Shown here piece after piece: positions 48,310-59,182 of a DNA stretch of 64,000 bases. A program made the position numbers and the translations under genes. This DNA is from an uncultured Gammaproteobacteria bacterium (GTDB taxonomy: Bacteria; Pseudomonadota; Gammaproteobacteria; Pseudomonadales; JAHEGP01), in assembly GCA_963722805.1 (NCBI GenBank), contig CAVROQ010000012.1, positions 280,047 to 344,046 of the forward strand. The letters run 5' to 3'. Below the pieces are notes generated by a model. The model was given only the letters and a program-made list of their open reading frames with translations. It did no database searches and was not told where the DNA came from. Every line of letters begins with the position of its first letter. Positions within the stretch are counted from its first letter, which is position 1.

Positions 48310-48467
48310 AGGAATTATGGGTTTACTATCATTCTAGAAGTCATTTGGCAATCAGCAATAATTCACAGTATAGTAGAGCTTATGGGAATATAATCCCAAA
48401 TAAGAGACGATAATTTGAACAAAGGGGCGAATAAGCAACCAAACGAATCACAAAAAGGAATATTGCT

Positions 48468-49772
48468 GTGGACCAACTGGCAGCTATCGGCGCGGTATAT
48501 ATCGCTCCAGCTTTGGGTATCATTGCCCTCTACTGGATCAAACAGCAGAAAAAGTCCAAATCTGCTCTTAAGGTCTATCGGGAAGCCGCAGAGGCGGGCT
48601 TGCTTGAACCCGCATCACTGCATCCCGTCATTGACACGGCACTCTGCGTTGGCTGCGCTACTTGCGTAGGCGCCTGCCCCGAAAAGGACGTTCTGGGCAT
48701 CATCAAGAACAAGGCCCAGCTGATTTCTCCTTCCTCGTGTATTGGTCACGGCGCCTGTAAAACCGCTTGTCCTACCCAGGCAATTGAACTCGTATTTGGC
48801 ACTGCCACGCGTGGTGTCGATATACCGTTAGTGGGCGAGGATTATCAAACCAATGTCCCCGGCATTTATATTGCCGGCGAACTGGGAGGTATGGGCCTGA
48901 TTCGCAATGCAATAGAGCAGGGGCATCAAGCTGTCGCCGCGATTGCCAATAATAAGCGCAGAGGGGGAGCAGACAGTCTCGACCTGGTTATTGTGGGTGC
49001 AGGCCCAGCGGGCATTAGCGCGGCCATGGCGGCGAGAGCTGCCAACTTGAATTTCACAGTGCTGGAGCAGGATTCTGTAGGTGGAACTATTGCGCATTAT
49101 CCACGAGGAAAACTGGTGATGACCCAGCCGGCGCATTTGCCGCTAGTGGGAGAGTTTCAATTCCGCGAGACCACCAAGGAAAGCCTCATGGCTTTTTGGT
49201 CGGAGGCGATAGCAAAAACCGGGCTTGATATCTCAACTGGCGAGCGGGTCGACAGCATCGAGCGTTGTGGCACGGGTTTCAAAATAACCGCCAGCAAGAC
49301 CTACCATGCCAGCAACGTTCTTTTAACCATTGGTCGGCGGGGAAGTCCGAGAAAACTGGGCGTGAGTGGGGAAGAGCAAAGTAAGGTTGTTTATCGGTTG
49401 GTTGAACCCGAGCAATATCGCGGTAAAAAGGTAATGGTGGTCGGTGGCGGTGATAGTGCGCTGGAAGCCGCTATAAGCCTGTCAGAAGAAGAGGGTACCA
49501 AAGTAACACTGAGCTACCGTGGGTCGGCATTTAATAGAGCCAAGGCAAAAAACCGCGAGCGAGTCGAAGAAGCGCAAAAATGTGGCCAATTACGAGTCGA
49601 ATTGGGCTCTGTACCGCTACAAATAACTTCGGATATGGTGCGAATCAAAACCGCTAGCGGTGAAGAAGACATTCACAATGACAGCATTATCGTTTGTGCC
49701 GGGGGCATTCTACCCACGGCCTTTCTGGAAAAGACGGGCATCGAAGTAAAAGCCCACTTTGGAGCCTTATGA
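48468..49772 (+). CDS. Membrane-anchored NAD(P)/FAD-dependent oxidoreductase with 2x[4Fe-4S] ferredoxin domain
   Basis: An N-terminal helix, then CVGCATCVGACP and CIGHGACKTACP, then thioredoxin-reductase-like VIVGAGPAGISAA and VVGGGDSALEAA dinucleotide sites. The start is GTG. Confidence 0.8.
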   Translation: MDQLAAIGAVYIAPALGIIALYWIKQQKKSKSALKVYREAAEAGLLEPASLHPVIDTALCVGCATCVGACPEKDVLGIIKNKAQLISPSSCIGHGACKTACPTQAIELVFGTATRGVDIPLVGEDYQTNVPGIYIAGELGGMGLIRNAIEQGHQAVAAIANNKRRGGADSLDLVIVGAGPAGISAAMAARAANLNFTVLEQDSVGGTIAHYPRGKLVMTQPAHLPLVGEFQFRETTKESLMAFWSEAIAKTGLDISTGERVDSIERCGTGFKITASKTYHASNVLLTIGRRGSPRKLGVSGEEQSKVVYRLVEPEQYRGKKVMVVGGGDSALEAAISLSEEEGTKVTLSYRGSAFNRAKAKNRERVEEAQKCGQLRVELGSVPLQITSDMVRIKTASGEEDIHNDSIIVCAGGILPTAFLEKTGIEVKAHFGAL

Positions 49773-51754
49773 ATCGTATTTCTCTCAAATTTTTACCGCT
49801 GGTCGTTGCCTGTGTAGCAGGGCAATCCATGGCCGCTGATCTGTCACCTGCCTACAAGGCTATGCGGCTTGGTGACTTTAGTCATGCGGCGAATATTTTT
49901 GAGCGCGAAGCAAATAGTGGATCCAGCGAAGCGCAGTTCCAGCTCGGAAAGCTTTACCTGGCGGGCCGAGGACTGGGTAAAAACGATGCGTTGGCCCAGC
50001 AATGGTTAAGCAAGGCAGCAAACAGCGGTGACGCCCGGGCCCAGTACACCCTGGGTTTGCTGCTATTGGAGAACGACGAGAGGTCCCAGGCGATACACTG
50101 GTTGACCTTGGCACAACAACAAGACCATCGACGCGCAAGCGAAAAGCTCGAAAGCTTGCACGCCAGCGTTGCCGACAATAACCCGGCTATGGTGGCCGGA
50201 AATCTGGAGGAAATATGGTTCAAGGCTGCCACGAAAGGCGATAGTAAGAGACTCAAGAAACTGCTGAAGCAGGGCGCTGACCTGCAGCTAACTGACAAGT
50301 ACCAGCGCAATGCCTTGCATTATTTGGTCGCATGCGATGGTGCTCACGGCGCCGGCCTGATGATCGAGGCCGGGATTGATGTCAACGCGCAAGACCGCTA
50401 CGGCGAAACCGCACTGATGCTGGCTGTAAAACGCGATCAGGCGACTATTGTGCGCTCGCTACTTTTGAATGGGGCAGATTCCTCGGTCACCACAAATTCT
50501 GGCGATACGCTGTTACATCTCGCCCTGACAAACGAGAGTTTTCAAGCACTGAGTCTGCTACTGGAGTTTAATTCGCCACTCAATGGTGTTAATTCCATGG
50601 GGCAGTCTCCACTTGACCTGGCAACACTTATTCAAGACAAGAGGGCTGAAAAGCTGCTGCGTGCGGCTGGAGCAGAGCATGGGCCCAAATGGCAAACCAG
50701 AGGGGCCAACAGTAGTGTATCGATAGCGAATTACCTTGATAAAGAAACGAGCACTAGGCAGGAGCCCTGGCTTTTGGCTCGCCAGGCGGTATTGCAGGAT
50801 GAAGCCGGCCTGCTGTCAGCCTTGCTTGGAAAGCATGGCTCGAACCTGGCAAAACAGCAGGACGCCCAACAACGCAGTTTACTTAACTATGCCATAGGCG
50901 CTTCTGCCATGGAGGTGATCCCGGTACTCCTAAATGCGGGCGCCTCTCTCGAACAGGCTGACGCCGATGGAAAAACCGCAATCATGCTGGCAGTGTCGCG
51001 TGACAAACCTGTTTTGGCCAGTCGTCTCCTCCAGCTTGGCGCCAATGCATCAGCCAGGGATAAACTCGGTCGTGACGCCCTGCATCTGGCACTTGAAGAA
51101 GGTCACACTGGTACCGCCAGAGAGTTGCTTGCCTATATCGTCAAAGTCAATCAACGCACCAGCGACGGAAGCAGCTATCTTATGCTTGCTATAAGAGGTA
51201 AAAGCACAAGTCTTGTAGACCCGCTCTTGAAAAGAGGAGTGAACGTCGGCCTGAAGGATAACAAGGGGCGAACAGCGTTATGGTATGCCGCTAGCCATTG
51301 TGATGTCCAGGCTATCGACAGCATGCTACCTTTGGATAGAAATATAGACCGGGCCGATCAACAGGGTTATACCCCCATGCATGTTGCAGCCAGCAGCGGA
51401 TGCCAGCCCGGAGTTCAGAGATTGTTGGCAGCTGGTGCCAATTTCGATGCACTAACTGAGGAAGAAAACACCCCCCTGATGCTCGCAATACGAGGCAAAC
51501 AAACCAGCGTGGCTCTGGAACTTCTCAGCAGAGGTGTCGACGTGAAGCGGCATAATTCACAGGGCGACACTGCGCTGCTCTGGGCAGTGGGTATTGAATC
51601 CCCTGCATTGGTATCCCAGGTCCTGGAACGTGGTGGCGACCCTTATCGCCGCAATCATCTGGGTGACTCAGCTCTGGCCCTGGCCAAGAAACACCACCCA
51701 TCTCTGGTGCCATTGATTAAGGAAAAGGGGGGATTTCGCTTTCCTCGCCTCTAA
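49769..51754 (+). CDS. Secreted Sel1-repeat plus ankyrin-repeat protein
   Basis: Signal peptide MNRISLKFLPLVVACVAGQSMA. Sel1-like EAQFQLGKLYLAGRGLGKNDALAQQWLSKAANSGDARAQYTLG. More than 10 ankyrin units (G.TALMLAV...IVRSLLLNGAD). ATG 49769 overlaps the upstream TGA as ATGA. Confidence 0.8.
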   Translation: MNRISLKFLPLVVACVAGQSMAADLSPAYKAMRLGDFSHAANIFEREANSGSSEAQFQLGKLYLAGRGLGKNDALAQQWLSKAANSGDARAQYTLGLLLLENDERSQAIHWLTLAQQQDHRRASEKLESLHASVADNNPAMVAGNLEEIWFKAATKGDSKRLKKLLKQGADLQLTDKYQRNALHYLVACDGAHGAGLMIEAGIDVNAQDRYGETALMLAVKRDQATIVRSLLLNGADSSVTTNSGDTLLHLALTNESFQALSLLLEFNSPLNGVNSMGQSPLDLATLIQDKRAEKLLRAAGAEHGPKWQTRGANSSVSIANYLDKETSTRQEPWLLARQAVLQDEAGLLSALLGKHGSNLAKQQDAQQRSLLNYAIGASAMEVIPVLLNAGASLEQADADGKTAIMLAVSRDKPVLASRLLQLGANASARDKLGRDALHLALEEGHTGTARELLAYIVKVNQRTSDGSSYLMLAIRGKSTSLVDPLLKRGVNVGLKDNKGRTALWYAASHCDVQAIDSMLPLDRNIDRADQQGYTPMHVAASSGCQPGVQRLLAAGANFDALTEEENTPLMLAIRGKQTSVALELLSRGVDVKRHNSQGDTALLWAVGIESPALVSQVLERGGDPYRRNHLGDSALALAKKHHPSLVPLIKEKGGFRFPRL

Positions 51755-51907
51755 ATCGCAGACCAATAAGAAGCGCATCTATGCAGCCCGGCACCAATAC
51801 CCCCCTTCACCACCGCAAGCCGGTTTAACGTCTGGCAAAAAGTACCACCGTGCTATGGCGGTAGTCAGGCCAAAATCCGCAAATTTGGATTTTTCACCAG
51901 GCCTTTT

Positions 51908-53380
51908 TCAGCCATCGATCTCCACTTTTCCTCCGCTGAGCGTGGAGTCCCCGTCCCACTGCGCGTCTTCAATTTTTACCGTCGCACCCGGAACCAGGTT
52001 TGGGAAAAAATCAGCGGGCAACTCGCTGACAGTGGCAGTGTCGATGGTCAAACCTAATATCTGGAAAAACGGCGGCGAGATATTTGATGCCGGCCCGCGC
52101 AAGTCGATAGAACGATTATTGATGCTTCCGTCAACTTCTATATCGGTGGCGATTACATTACCCGTAATATCGATATAAGCTTCGACATCTGCCTGTATAT
52201 TGCCGTTGCCCTCGCTAATAACCCCATCATCATCATCAGTCTGGGCATTTGCAAACACCCTTATTCCCATAATTTCCATGGACTCGCCAATGTCGATATC
52301 AGCAGTCAGCACAGGCGCCAGAATATTAACTCGCGATTCTTCAACCTCTATTTCCCGAGCGCGTAATATACCGTTAAGCGTATCGAAATCGCCCTCAACT
52401 TCCAGCTTCGCTCCCACCACGATATCGGCAGGCGTTCCGCCTTCAAATTCAGTAGCGGAATCAATAATTACCGTCTGGCCATCGACCATAAATTCGCCGG
52501 TCAGATTCACCTGAGTGACAAAACCTTCAATTTCCGCCTTAATCAAGCTCGTGGCGGGGCTGTCAGGAACCTGCAAACCCTCCAACTGGCATTCAACTCG
52601 AGTTACCGGGAGAAGATCACCGTTGCTGAAGTCGGGGGCTGGAGGTGATTTCACTTCCACCAGAGCACCATTAACCAGACCTCCGCTACAATCCTCAGGG
52701 ACGATACCGTTGAGGACGATTTGCTGGGAACCGACCTTAAAGCCTTGATTAGGCACCACCTCGGTTGCGCGGCCATTGATAACCCATACCGGCAAGCCTG
52801 AGGGTTTGTAAGCCAGGCGTGAGGCGCGAATTACGCCATCCACGTCACGGTAACCGGCCACCTCAACAATACTGCCTATCACAAGGTTCCCGGCGAGTCC
52901 TCCGGGTATATCAGACAGCACCGTGCCACCATCTATCACTACGGTCTGGCCAAGCACGCTAAGGGGATTACCGGTCGTTACCGGGCCGATAACCTGGTGA
53001 AATGCAGAAACATTGACCGCTGTGCCTGAATCAAATGTCTCACTCACATCGTCGGCAACATCGTAATTAACAACCATGCCAATGGCCAGGTCTTCAGACT
53101 GCACACTCTCACCGTCTATGGTGATGTTGGTGTCCGGTGTAAGCGCGAACACGCGGGTATCATTGATAACGATGCTTGAGAAGCGGGTGATAGTACCCAG
53201 GCCAGTGCCGCCGATGCCTCCATCGGCGATGACGCTATCGAGGCCACCATCGTCGGAACCTCCACCCCCTCCCGAGCAGGCGGCCAATAGTAAGCTGCAA
53301 ATGAACAGGATCACACTGGGGAAGTTCGTCAAAAATCTATGGCTATTCACAATTCCTCCTCGTGCCGGTGTTGCAGACAC
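51908..53380 (-). CDS. Repetitive beta-rich lipoprotein (DUF5666-like repeats; family from memory, low certainty)
   Basis: Lipobox LLLAAC followed by a Gly-rich linker. Units ending (V/L)EV(E/K)G...A..(V/I)E recur repeatedly. An alternative GTG start at 53350 overlaps the upstream TGA as GTGA. Confidence 0.55.
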   Translation of the reverse strand: MSATPARGGIVNSHRFLTNFPSVILFICSLLLAACSGGGGGSDDGGLDSVIADGGIGGTGLGTITRFSSIVINDTRVFALTPDTNITIDGESVQSEDLAIGMVVNYDVADDVSETFDSGTAVNVSAFHQVIGPVTTGNPLSVLGQTVVIDGGTVLSDIPGGLAGNLVIGSIVEVAGYRDVDGVIRASRLAYKPSGLPVWVINGRATEVVPNQGFKVGSQQIVLNGIVPEDCSGGLVNGALVEVKSPPAPDFSNGDLLPVTRVECQLEGLQVPDSPATSLIKAEIEGFVTQVNLTGEFMVDGQTVIIDSATEFEGGTPADIVVGAKLEVEGDFDTLNGILRAREIEVEESRVNILAPVLTADIDIGESMEIMGIRVFANAQTDDDDGVISEGNGNIQADVEAYIDITGNVIATDIEVDGSINNRSIDLRGPASNISPPFFQILGLTIDTATVSELPADFFPNLVPGATVKIEDAQWDGDSTLSGGKVEIDG

Positions 53381-54180
53381 TCTTCAAAAAAGTATATGCC
53401 AACGCCTGCACGGTAGCGGCCGTCACCCTCCAGCCCGGGATTTTGATCTCGGTCATGTTGCGCCAGCCAGGCGTCATACTGTTTAAGTAGTTGCAGCGAC
53501 TTTCGATCAGATAAACGTTTAAACTCGCGCACGGCATCCTCTGAAAGGTTGTCGTAAGCGACTTTCAACTGAAAATGAGAGCCCGGTATGTCTTCGTCAA
53601 GGTTGTAGTCGATTGTATCGATCAAGTCCGATACATCGCTTCCCAGAATGGCCAGTTTTTCCTCGGAGCCGGTCGCTGGAACATAGGCCGGCGCCAGCAG
53701 TCGAACCGCTTCCTGCGTCAATTCCGCAGACCCGACGCGAATGAGTTCATCCAGAACTGCCTTTACCGGCATGTCCCCACTATATCGGGACACCAGCGCG
53801 CTGAAACTGCCAACTTTTCCTTCCACCGGCAGAGTCGCCGGTTCACCATTTTCATCACAGAAAGCAGTATCTCGCAACCAGCCACTAATCACCCGGGCAG
53901 CACGATTGTAACTGACGTCGAGGGCGGCAGTGTCTAAAGGGGCGAGCCTCTGAATTCGCAACACCTCCTTGCGATTCAAACCAGTGATGACAGCAATTCT
54001 GGAATTCGTCTGCTTCCTGCCCGGCAAACGAAAACTTTCGTTTGCGACTTCCACATAATTTTGTTTTAGTATTTCAGAGACCGCCTGGAACGGGATACCA
54101 TGCCGCAGCAGCAGTCTCACCAAGGGTTTTAGCAACTTGGCGACGGCGGCAAGAATAGTGGCTTGAATCTGTGTATTCAT
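53347..54180 (-). CDS. Hypothetical cytoplasmic protein (possibly DUF6502-like; low certainty)
   Basis: Intact 277-aa ORF with no hydrophobic helices, translationally coupled to the downstream lipoprotein gene. The family name is from memory only. Confidence 0.45.
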   Translation of the reverse strand: MNTQIQATILAAVAKLLKPLVRLLLRHGIPFQAVSEILKQNYVEVANESFRLPGRKQTNSRIAVITGLNRKEVLRIQRLAPLDTAALDVSYNRAARVISGWLRDTAFCDENGEPATLPVEGKVGSFSALVSRYSGDMPVKAVLDELIRVGSAELTQEAVRLLAPAYVPATGSEEKLAILGSDVSDLIDTIDYNLDEDIPGSHFQLKVAYDNLSEDAVREFKRLSDRKSLQLLKQYDAWLAQHDRDQNPGLEGDGRYRAGVGIYFFEECLQHRHEEEL

Positions 54181-54287
54181 GATTGGGAAAATATTCCCAT
54201 AGTTCCTTTAAGTCAAGGTATAAGTCCGGGTAAATAGTAGTTTGCTTGTTCGCGACCCAGCCTGTCCAGATGCTCTAAATTCAATAA

Positions 54288-55477
<1,190 letters not shown>

Positions 55478-55478
<1 letters not shown>

Positions 55479-56338
55479 TGACTAGCCCGCTAGATAGCAC
55501 TGAACTGGAGCAACTCAGTGCCAATAAGTGCTTTGGTGGCCAGCAACTGCGCTACCGTCACCTGTCACCCACATTACATTGCACCATGACATTCTCGCTT
55601 TACCTTCCTCCCCAGGCAGAACTGCACGCAGTGCCCGTGCTGTACTGGTTGTCAGGACTCACGTGCAGCGATGAGAATTTCGTCACCAAAGCAGGGGCTC
55701 AACGCTGGGCAGCGCAATACGGAGTCGCCATTGTTTGCCCCGACACCAGCCCCCGGGGCGAGGGGGTTGCCGATGATCCAGAGGGCGCCTGGGATTTTGG
55801 TCTCGGCGCCGGCTACTACCTCAATGCTACCCGACAACCGTGGCGCGACCACTACCAGATGTACGATTATATCGTGACAGAACTACCAGAACTGATCGCG
55901 AAAAACTTTCCGCTGGACAGCGCAAGGGCCTCAATATTCGGCCACTCGATGGGAGGCCACGGCGCGCTGACAATCGCCTTGAAAAACCCGCAAACGTATC
56001 GCTCAGTCTCGGCCTTTTCGCCTATCTGTGCACCGATGCAGTGTCCCTGGGGACAGAAAGCATTCGCTCATTACCTCGGGAATGACCCCAGCCAGTGGCG
56101 CGCTTACGATACTACTGAACTATTGCGCCACGCTCGGTTACAGCTGCCCATGCGGGTCGACCAGGGTGATGCCGATGGCTTTCTGCACGAGCAATTGAAG
56201 ACCGGACTATTGGCACAGGCAAGCAAAGCCTGTGGCTACGACATCGATATAAAGATGCAGCCGGGCTACGACCATAGCTACTTTTTTATCGCCAGTTTTA
56301 TTGAAGAACACATCCGTTTTCATGCGGCATATTTATAA
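55478..56338 (+). CDS. fghA: S-formylglutathione hydrolase (esterase D)
   Basis: LSGLTCSDENF, GHSMGGHGAL and GYDHSYFFI. The ATG overlaps the frmA TGA by 1 nt. Confidence 0.9.
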
Positions 56339-56494
56339 GCCGCCACTGCAAGCCCGGCAGAGACGACCTCGGGTGGATACACAACTGCCACGCACAACTT
56401 GAAGCATTTCCAGCTGAACGGTGGCTGTTTTGGCGGATATCAATTTGACTGCATCACGAGCCATAAAAATTTGGGCAGAATAGGAAGAGGGAAA

Positions 56495-57283
56495 GTGGAT
56501 ACCAGCAAATTATTTTCATTGGAGGGGCGTGTCGCCCTTGTCACAGGCGGGTCGCGCAATCTGGGCAGGACGATAGCAGAAGCTTATATCGCCCAGGGAG
56601 CCAGGGTTTATATCAGTTCCCGCAAGGCGGCTGACTGTGACGCTACCGCGCGGGAACTGGGGCCAAATTGCTTCGCGCTGCCGCAGGATGTGGCCAGCGT
56701 GTCCGGGGTAAAAGCGCTGGCGCAGGCTTTTGGGGAAAAAGAGCAAAAGCTGGATATTCTGGTCAACAACGCCGGAGCGGCATGGGGCGAACCGTTTGAA
56801 CAATTTCCCGAGAAAGGTTGGGACAAGGTCATGGACCTCAACCTGAAGTCTCCCTTCTTTCTTATCCAGGCGCTGCACCAGCAGCTCAGAGCAGCTGGGG
56901 CCAGCGGCCACCCGGCGAAAGTCATTAATATTACATCGGTAGACGGACAGCGACTCAATCCCTGGGAAACCTACAGCTACCACGCCTCCAAGTCGGGTCT
57001 GATCTATCTCACCAAACGCCTTGCGGCGCGCCTTGTGCAGGACAATATCATCGTCACCTCGATCGCCCCCGGCGCATTCGCCTCCGATATGAACACGGCG
57101 GCACGGGATGCCCCCGACGAGGTTGGAAAGAAAATCCCCCTGGGCCGGATTGGCAATGCCGAAGACCTGGCCGGCGTTGCCATATTCCTGGCAAGCCGGG
57201 CTGGGGATTATGTAGTAGGTGACACCATTACCGTCGACGGCGGTCTGGTGCATGCGGCCTTGGGACCTTCTATCGATAGTTAG
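56495..57283 (+). CDS. Short-chain dehydrogenase/reductase
   Basis: VALVTGGSRNLG, NNAG and YHASKSGL. GTG 56495 follows GAAGAGGG. The upstream part of the track ORF has no SDR similarity. Confidence 0.8.
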   Translation: MDTSKLFSLEGRVALVTGGSRNLGRTIAEAYIAQGARVYISSRKAADCDATARELGPNCFALPQDVASVSGVKALAQAFGEKEQKLDILVNNAGAAWGEPFEQFPEKGWDKVMDLNLKSPFFLIQALHQQLRAAGASGHPAKVINITSVDGQRLNPWETYSYHASKSGLIYLTKRLAARLVQDNIIVTSIAPGAFASDMNTAARDAPDEVGKKIPLGRIGNAEDLAGVAIFLASRAGDYVVGDTITVDGGLVHAALGPSIDS

Positions 57284-57453
57284 CAATATGCTGGAGGCAG
57301 TCAGTGGACAGCTTATGCCATGTAAATATGATTACACCCTGATTTACCGTGTGCACAGTGGCAATGGAGCAGGCGTCGGTAATCCGCGAAATCAGCTTTG
57401 TGCGCTGCTATTGCCGGAGCGCCGCCGGATACTGTTGATAACTCCACGGCGCC

Positions 57454-57485
57454 GGGCCAGGCCGGGCCGGGCCGGGCCGGGCCAG
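57454..57485. repeat. GC-only pentanucleotide microsatellite (GGCCG/GGGCC, about 5 units)
   Basis: cgggccaggccgggccgggccgggccgggccag lies directly upstream of the RBS (caggag, 57491-57496) of the ArsM-like gene. Confidence 0.7.
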
Positions 57486-57505
57486 AACAACAGGAGCGAT
57501 GATCC

Positions 57506-58549
57506 ATGTACGACGAAGTGAAGGACTACTACGGCAGGCGTTTGCAGAATTCCGCCGACCTCAAAACCGACGCCTGCTGCGATAGCAATCAGGTGCCAGG
57601 ATGGCTCAAGCCTTTGCTGGCCAATATTCACCCCGAGGTCACAGCGCGCTATTACGGCTGCGGCCTGGTGTGTCCGGTCGAGCTCCAGGGTTGCAGGATT
57701 CTTGACCTGGGCAGTGGGGCAGGGCGTGATGTCTACGCATTGGCCCAGATGGTGGGCCCTGAGGGTGAAGTTGTCGGTGTTGACATGACTGAAGAACAGC
57801 TGGCCATCGCTGAGCAATACCGTGAACATCACGCCTCAACTTTCGGCTACCGTAATGTTCGCTTTATCAAAGGCTATATCGAGAAACTCGATGCATTGGA
57901 ACTGGAGGAGGGCAGTTTTGATGTTGTGGTATCCAACTGTGTCATCAACCTTTCCCCGGACAAAGACGCGGTGCTGGCCGGAGTCAAGCGCTTGCTTAAG
58001 CCCGGTGGCGAGTTTTATTTTTCCGATGTTTACGCTGATCGACGGGTCCCTGAGGAACTGCGCAACGACCCGGTACTTTACGGCGAGTGTTTGGGCGGCG
58101 CCTTGTACTGGAACGACTTTATCAGCCTGGCAAAACGCCAGGGCTTTGCCGATCCGCGGCTGGTGGAAGACCGCCCCCTGGCCATCACCAATCCCGAATT
58201 GGAAGCAAAATTGGGCAATATCAATTTCTACTCGGCCACCTATCGTTTGTTCAAGCTCGACGCACTGGAACCCGATTGCGAAGACTACGGCCAGGCGGTC
58301 ATCTATCGTGGCAGCATCGCTGAACAGCCGCAGACCTTCCAGCTGGACGCACAGCGCTCCATGCAAGCAGGGCAGAGAACCCCGGTCTGCGGCAATACCT
58401 GGCGCATGCTGCAGGACAGCCGCTTTGCAAAACACTTCGAGTTTAGTGGCGACTTTTCGCACCACCATGGCCTATTCAATAGCGGCGGCAAAAGCATTCC
58501 ATTTGCCAACCACGGCACGCAAACCGCCGTCAAAGGATCGTGCTGCTGA
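57506..58549 (+). CDS. arsM: Arsenite S-adenosylmethionine methyltransferase-like protein
   Basis: N-terminal YYG..LQNSADLKTDACCD, SAM motif ILDLGSGAGRD, and the conserved Cys contexts SNCVINLSPDK and YGECLGGAL. Confidence 0.75.
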   Translation: MYDEVKDYYGRRLQNSADLKTDACCDSNQVPGWLKPLLANIHPEVTARYYGCGLVCPVELQGCRILDLGSGAGRDVYALAQMVGPEGEVVGVDMTEEQLAIAEQYREHHASTFGYRNVRFIKGYIEKLDALELEEGSFDVVVSNCVINLSPDKDAVLAGVKRLLKPGGEFYFSDVYADRRVPEELRNDPVLYGECLGGALYWNDFISLAKRQGFADPRLVEDRPLAITNPELEAKLGNINFYSATYRLFKLDALEPDCEDYGQAVIYRGSIAEQPQTFQLDAQRSMQAGQRTPVCGNTWRMLQDSRFAKHFEFSGDFSHHHGLFNSGGKSIPFANHGTQTAVKGSCC

Positions 58550-58561
58550 AGGGTACCCGGC

Positions 58562-59098
58562 ATGAAAAATAAACCCATGCAATCGCGCCTGGGCGCGGAG
58601 CTTATGGCTTTCATCGAATCCTGTAAAAGCCTGCAACTGGCCAGCCTTGGTGCCGACGGCGCTCCCTTCGCGTCTTACGCCCCGTTTGCCATTGGTGACA
58701 ATTGCCTGTACGTGATGCTGAGTGAACTCGCAACACACGGGGTGAATCTGCAGCGGGATTCACGCGCCTCGGTCCTCATTATTGAAGACGAAGCCACTGC
58801 CGGTGAGCTGTTTGCCCGGGTTCGCGTGAACTACTCGGTGGCAGCCATACTGCTCGAACACGGAAGCGATGCCTGGCGGCAGGGCCTTGATCGCCTGGTG
58901 GAGCGCTTTGGTGAATTCCCGAAGCAACTGAGCCAGCTCGGAGACTTCAAATTATTCCGCCTGGAGCCGGGCGGCGGCCGCTACGTAAAGGGCTTTGCCC
59001 GCGCCTATAATCTGGCGGGGAATTCTCTGGCCGGGGAAGAATTACAGCATGTCAGGGCGCCTGCCGAGACAGCGAACAGACCAAGCAGCGATGAGTAG
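58562..59098 (+). CDS. Pyridoxamine-5'-phosphate-oxidase-fold protein (HugZ/HutZ-like)
   Basis: LQLASLGADGAPFASYAPF...LSELATHGVNLQRDSRASVLIIEDE...FARVRV pattern of the HugZ family split-barrel fold. Confidence 0.55.
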   Translation: MKNKPMQSRLGAELMAFIESCKSLQLASLGADGAPFASYAPFAIGDNCLYVMLSELATHGVNLQRDSRASVLIIEDEATAGELFARVRVNYSVAAILLEHGSDAWRQGLDRLVERFGEFPKQLSQLGDFKLFRLEPGGGRYVKGFARAYNLAGNSLAGEELQHVRAPAETANRPSSDE

Positions 59099-59182
59099 AT
59101 TAAGCCATTCGACTTAATATAAATACCATTATTATCAAATACCTATAGGTTTATACTAATAAATAGTATTAGGTTTAGTCGT

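Noticed and set aside
56516-57286. 256-aa minus-strand ORF opposite the SDR gene, and the similar antisense ORFs 17144..17816 (opposite P450), 26697..27269, 27544..28038, 57836..58468 and 54933..55442
   Set aside because: Each overlaps a gene with strong family motifs on the other strand, and none shows recognisable motifs of its own.
59099-59182. AT-rich 84-bp convergent spacer with the small palindromes acctataggt and tactaataaatagta
   Set aside because: The palindromes are short and such matches are expected by chance in AT-rich DNA. This is probably only a terminator region, and there is no supporting evidence.
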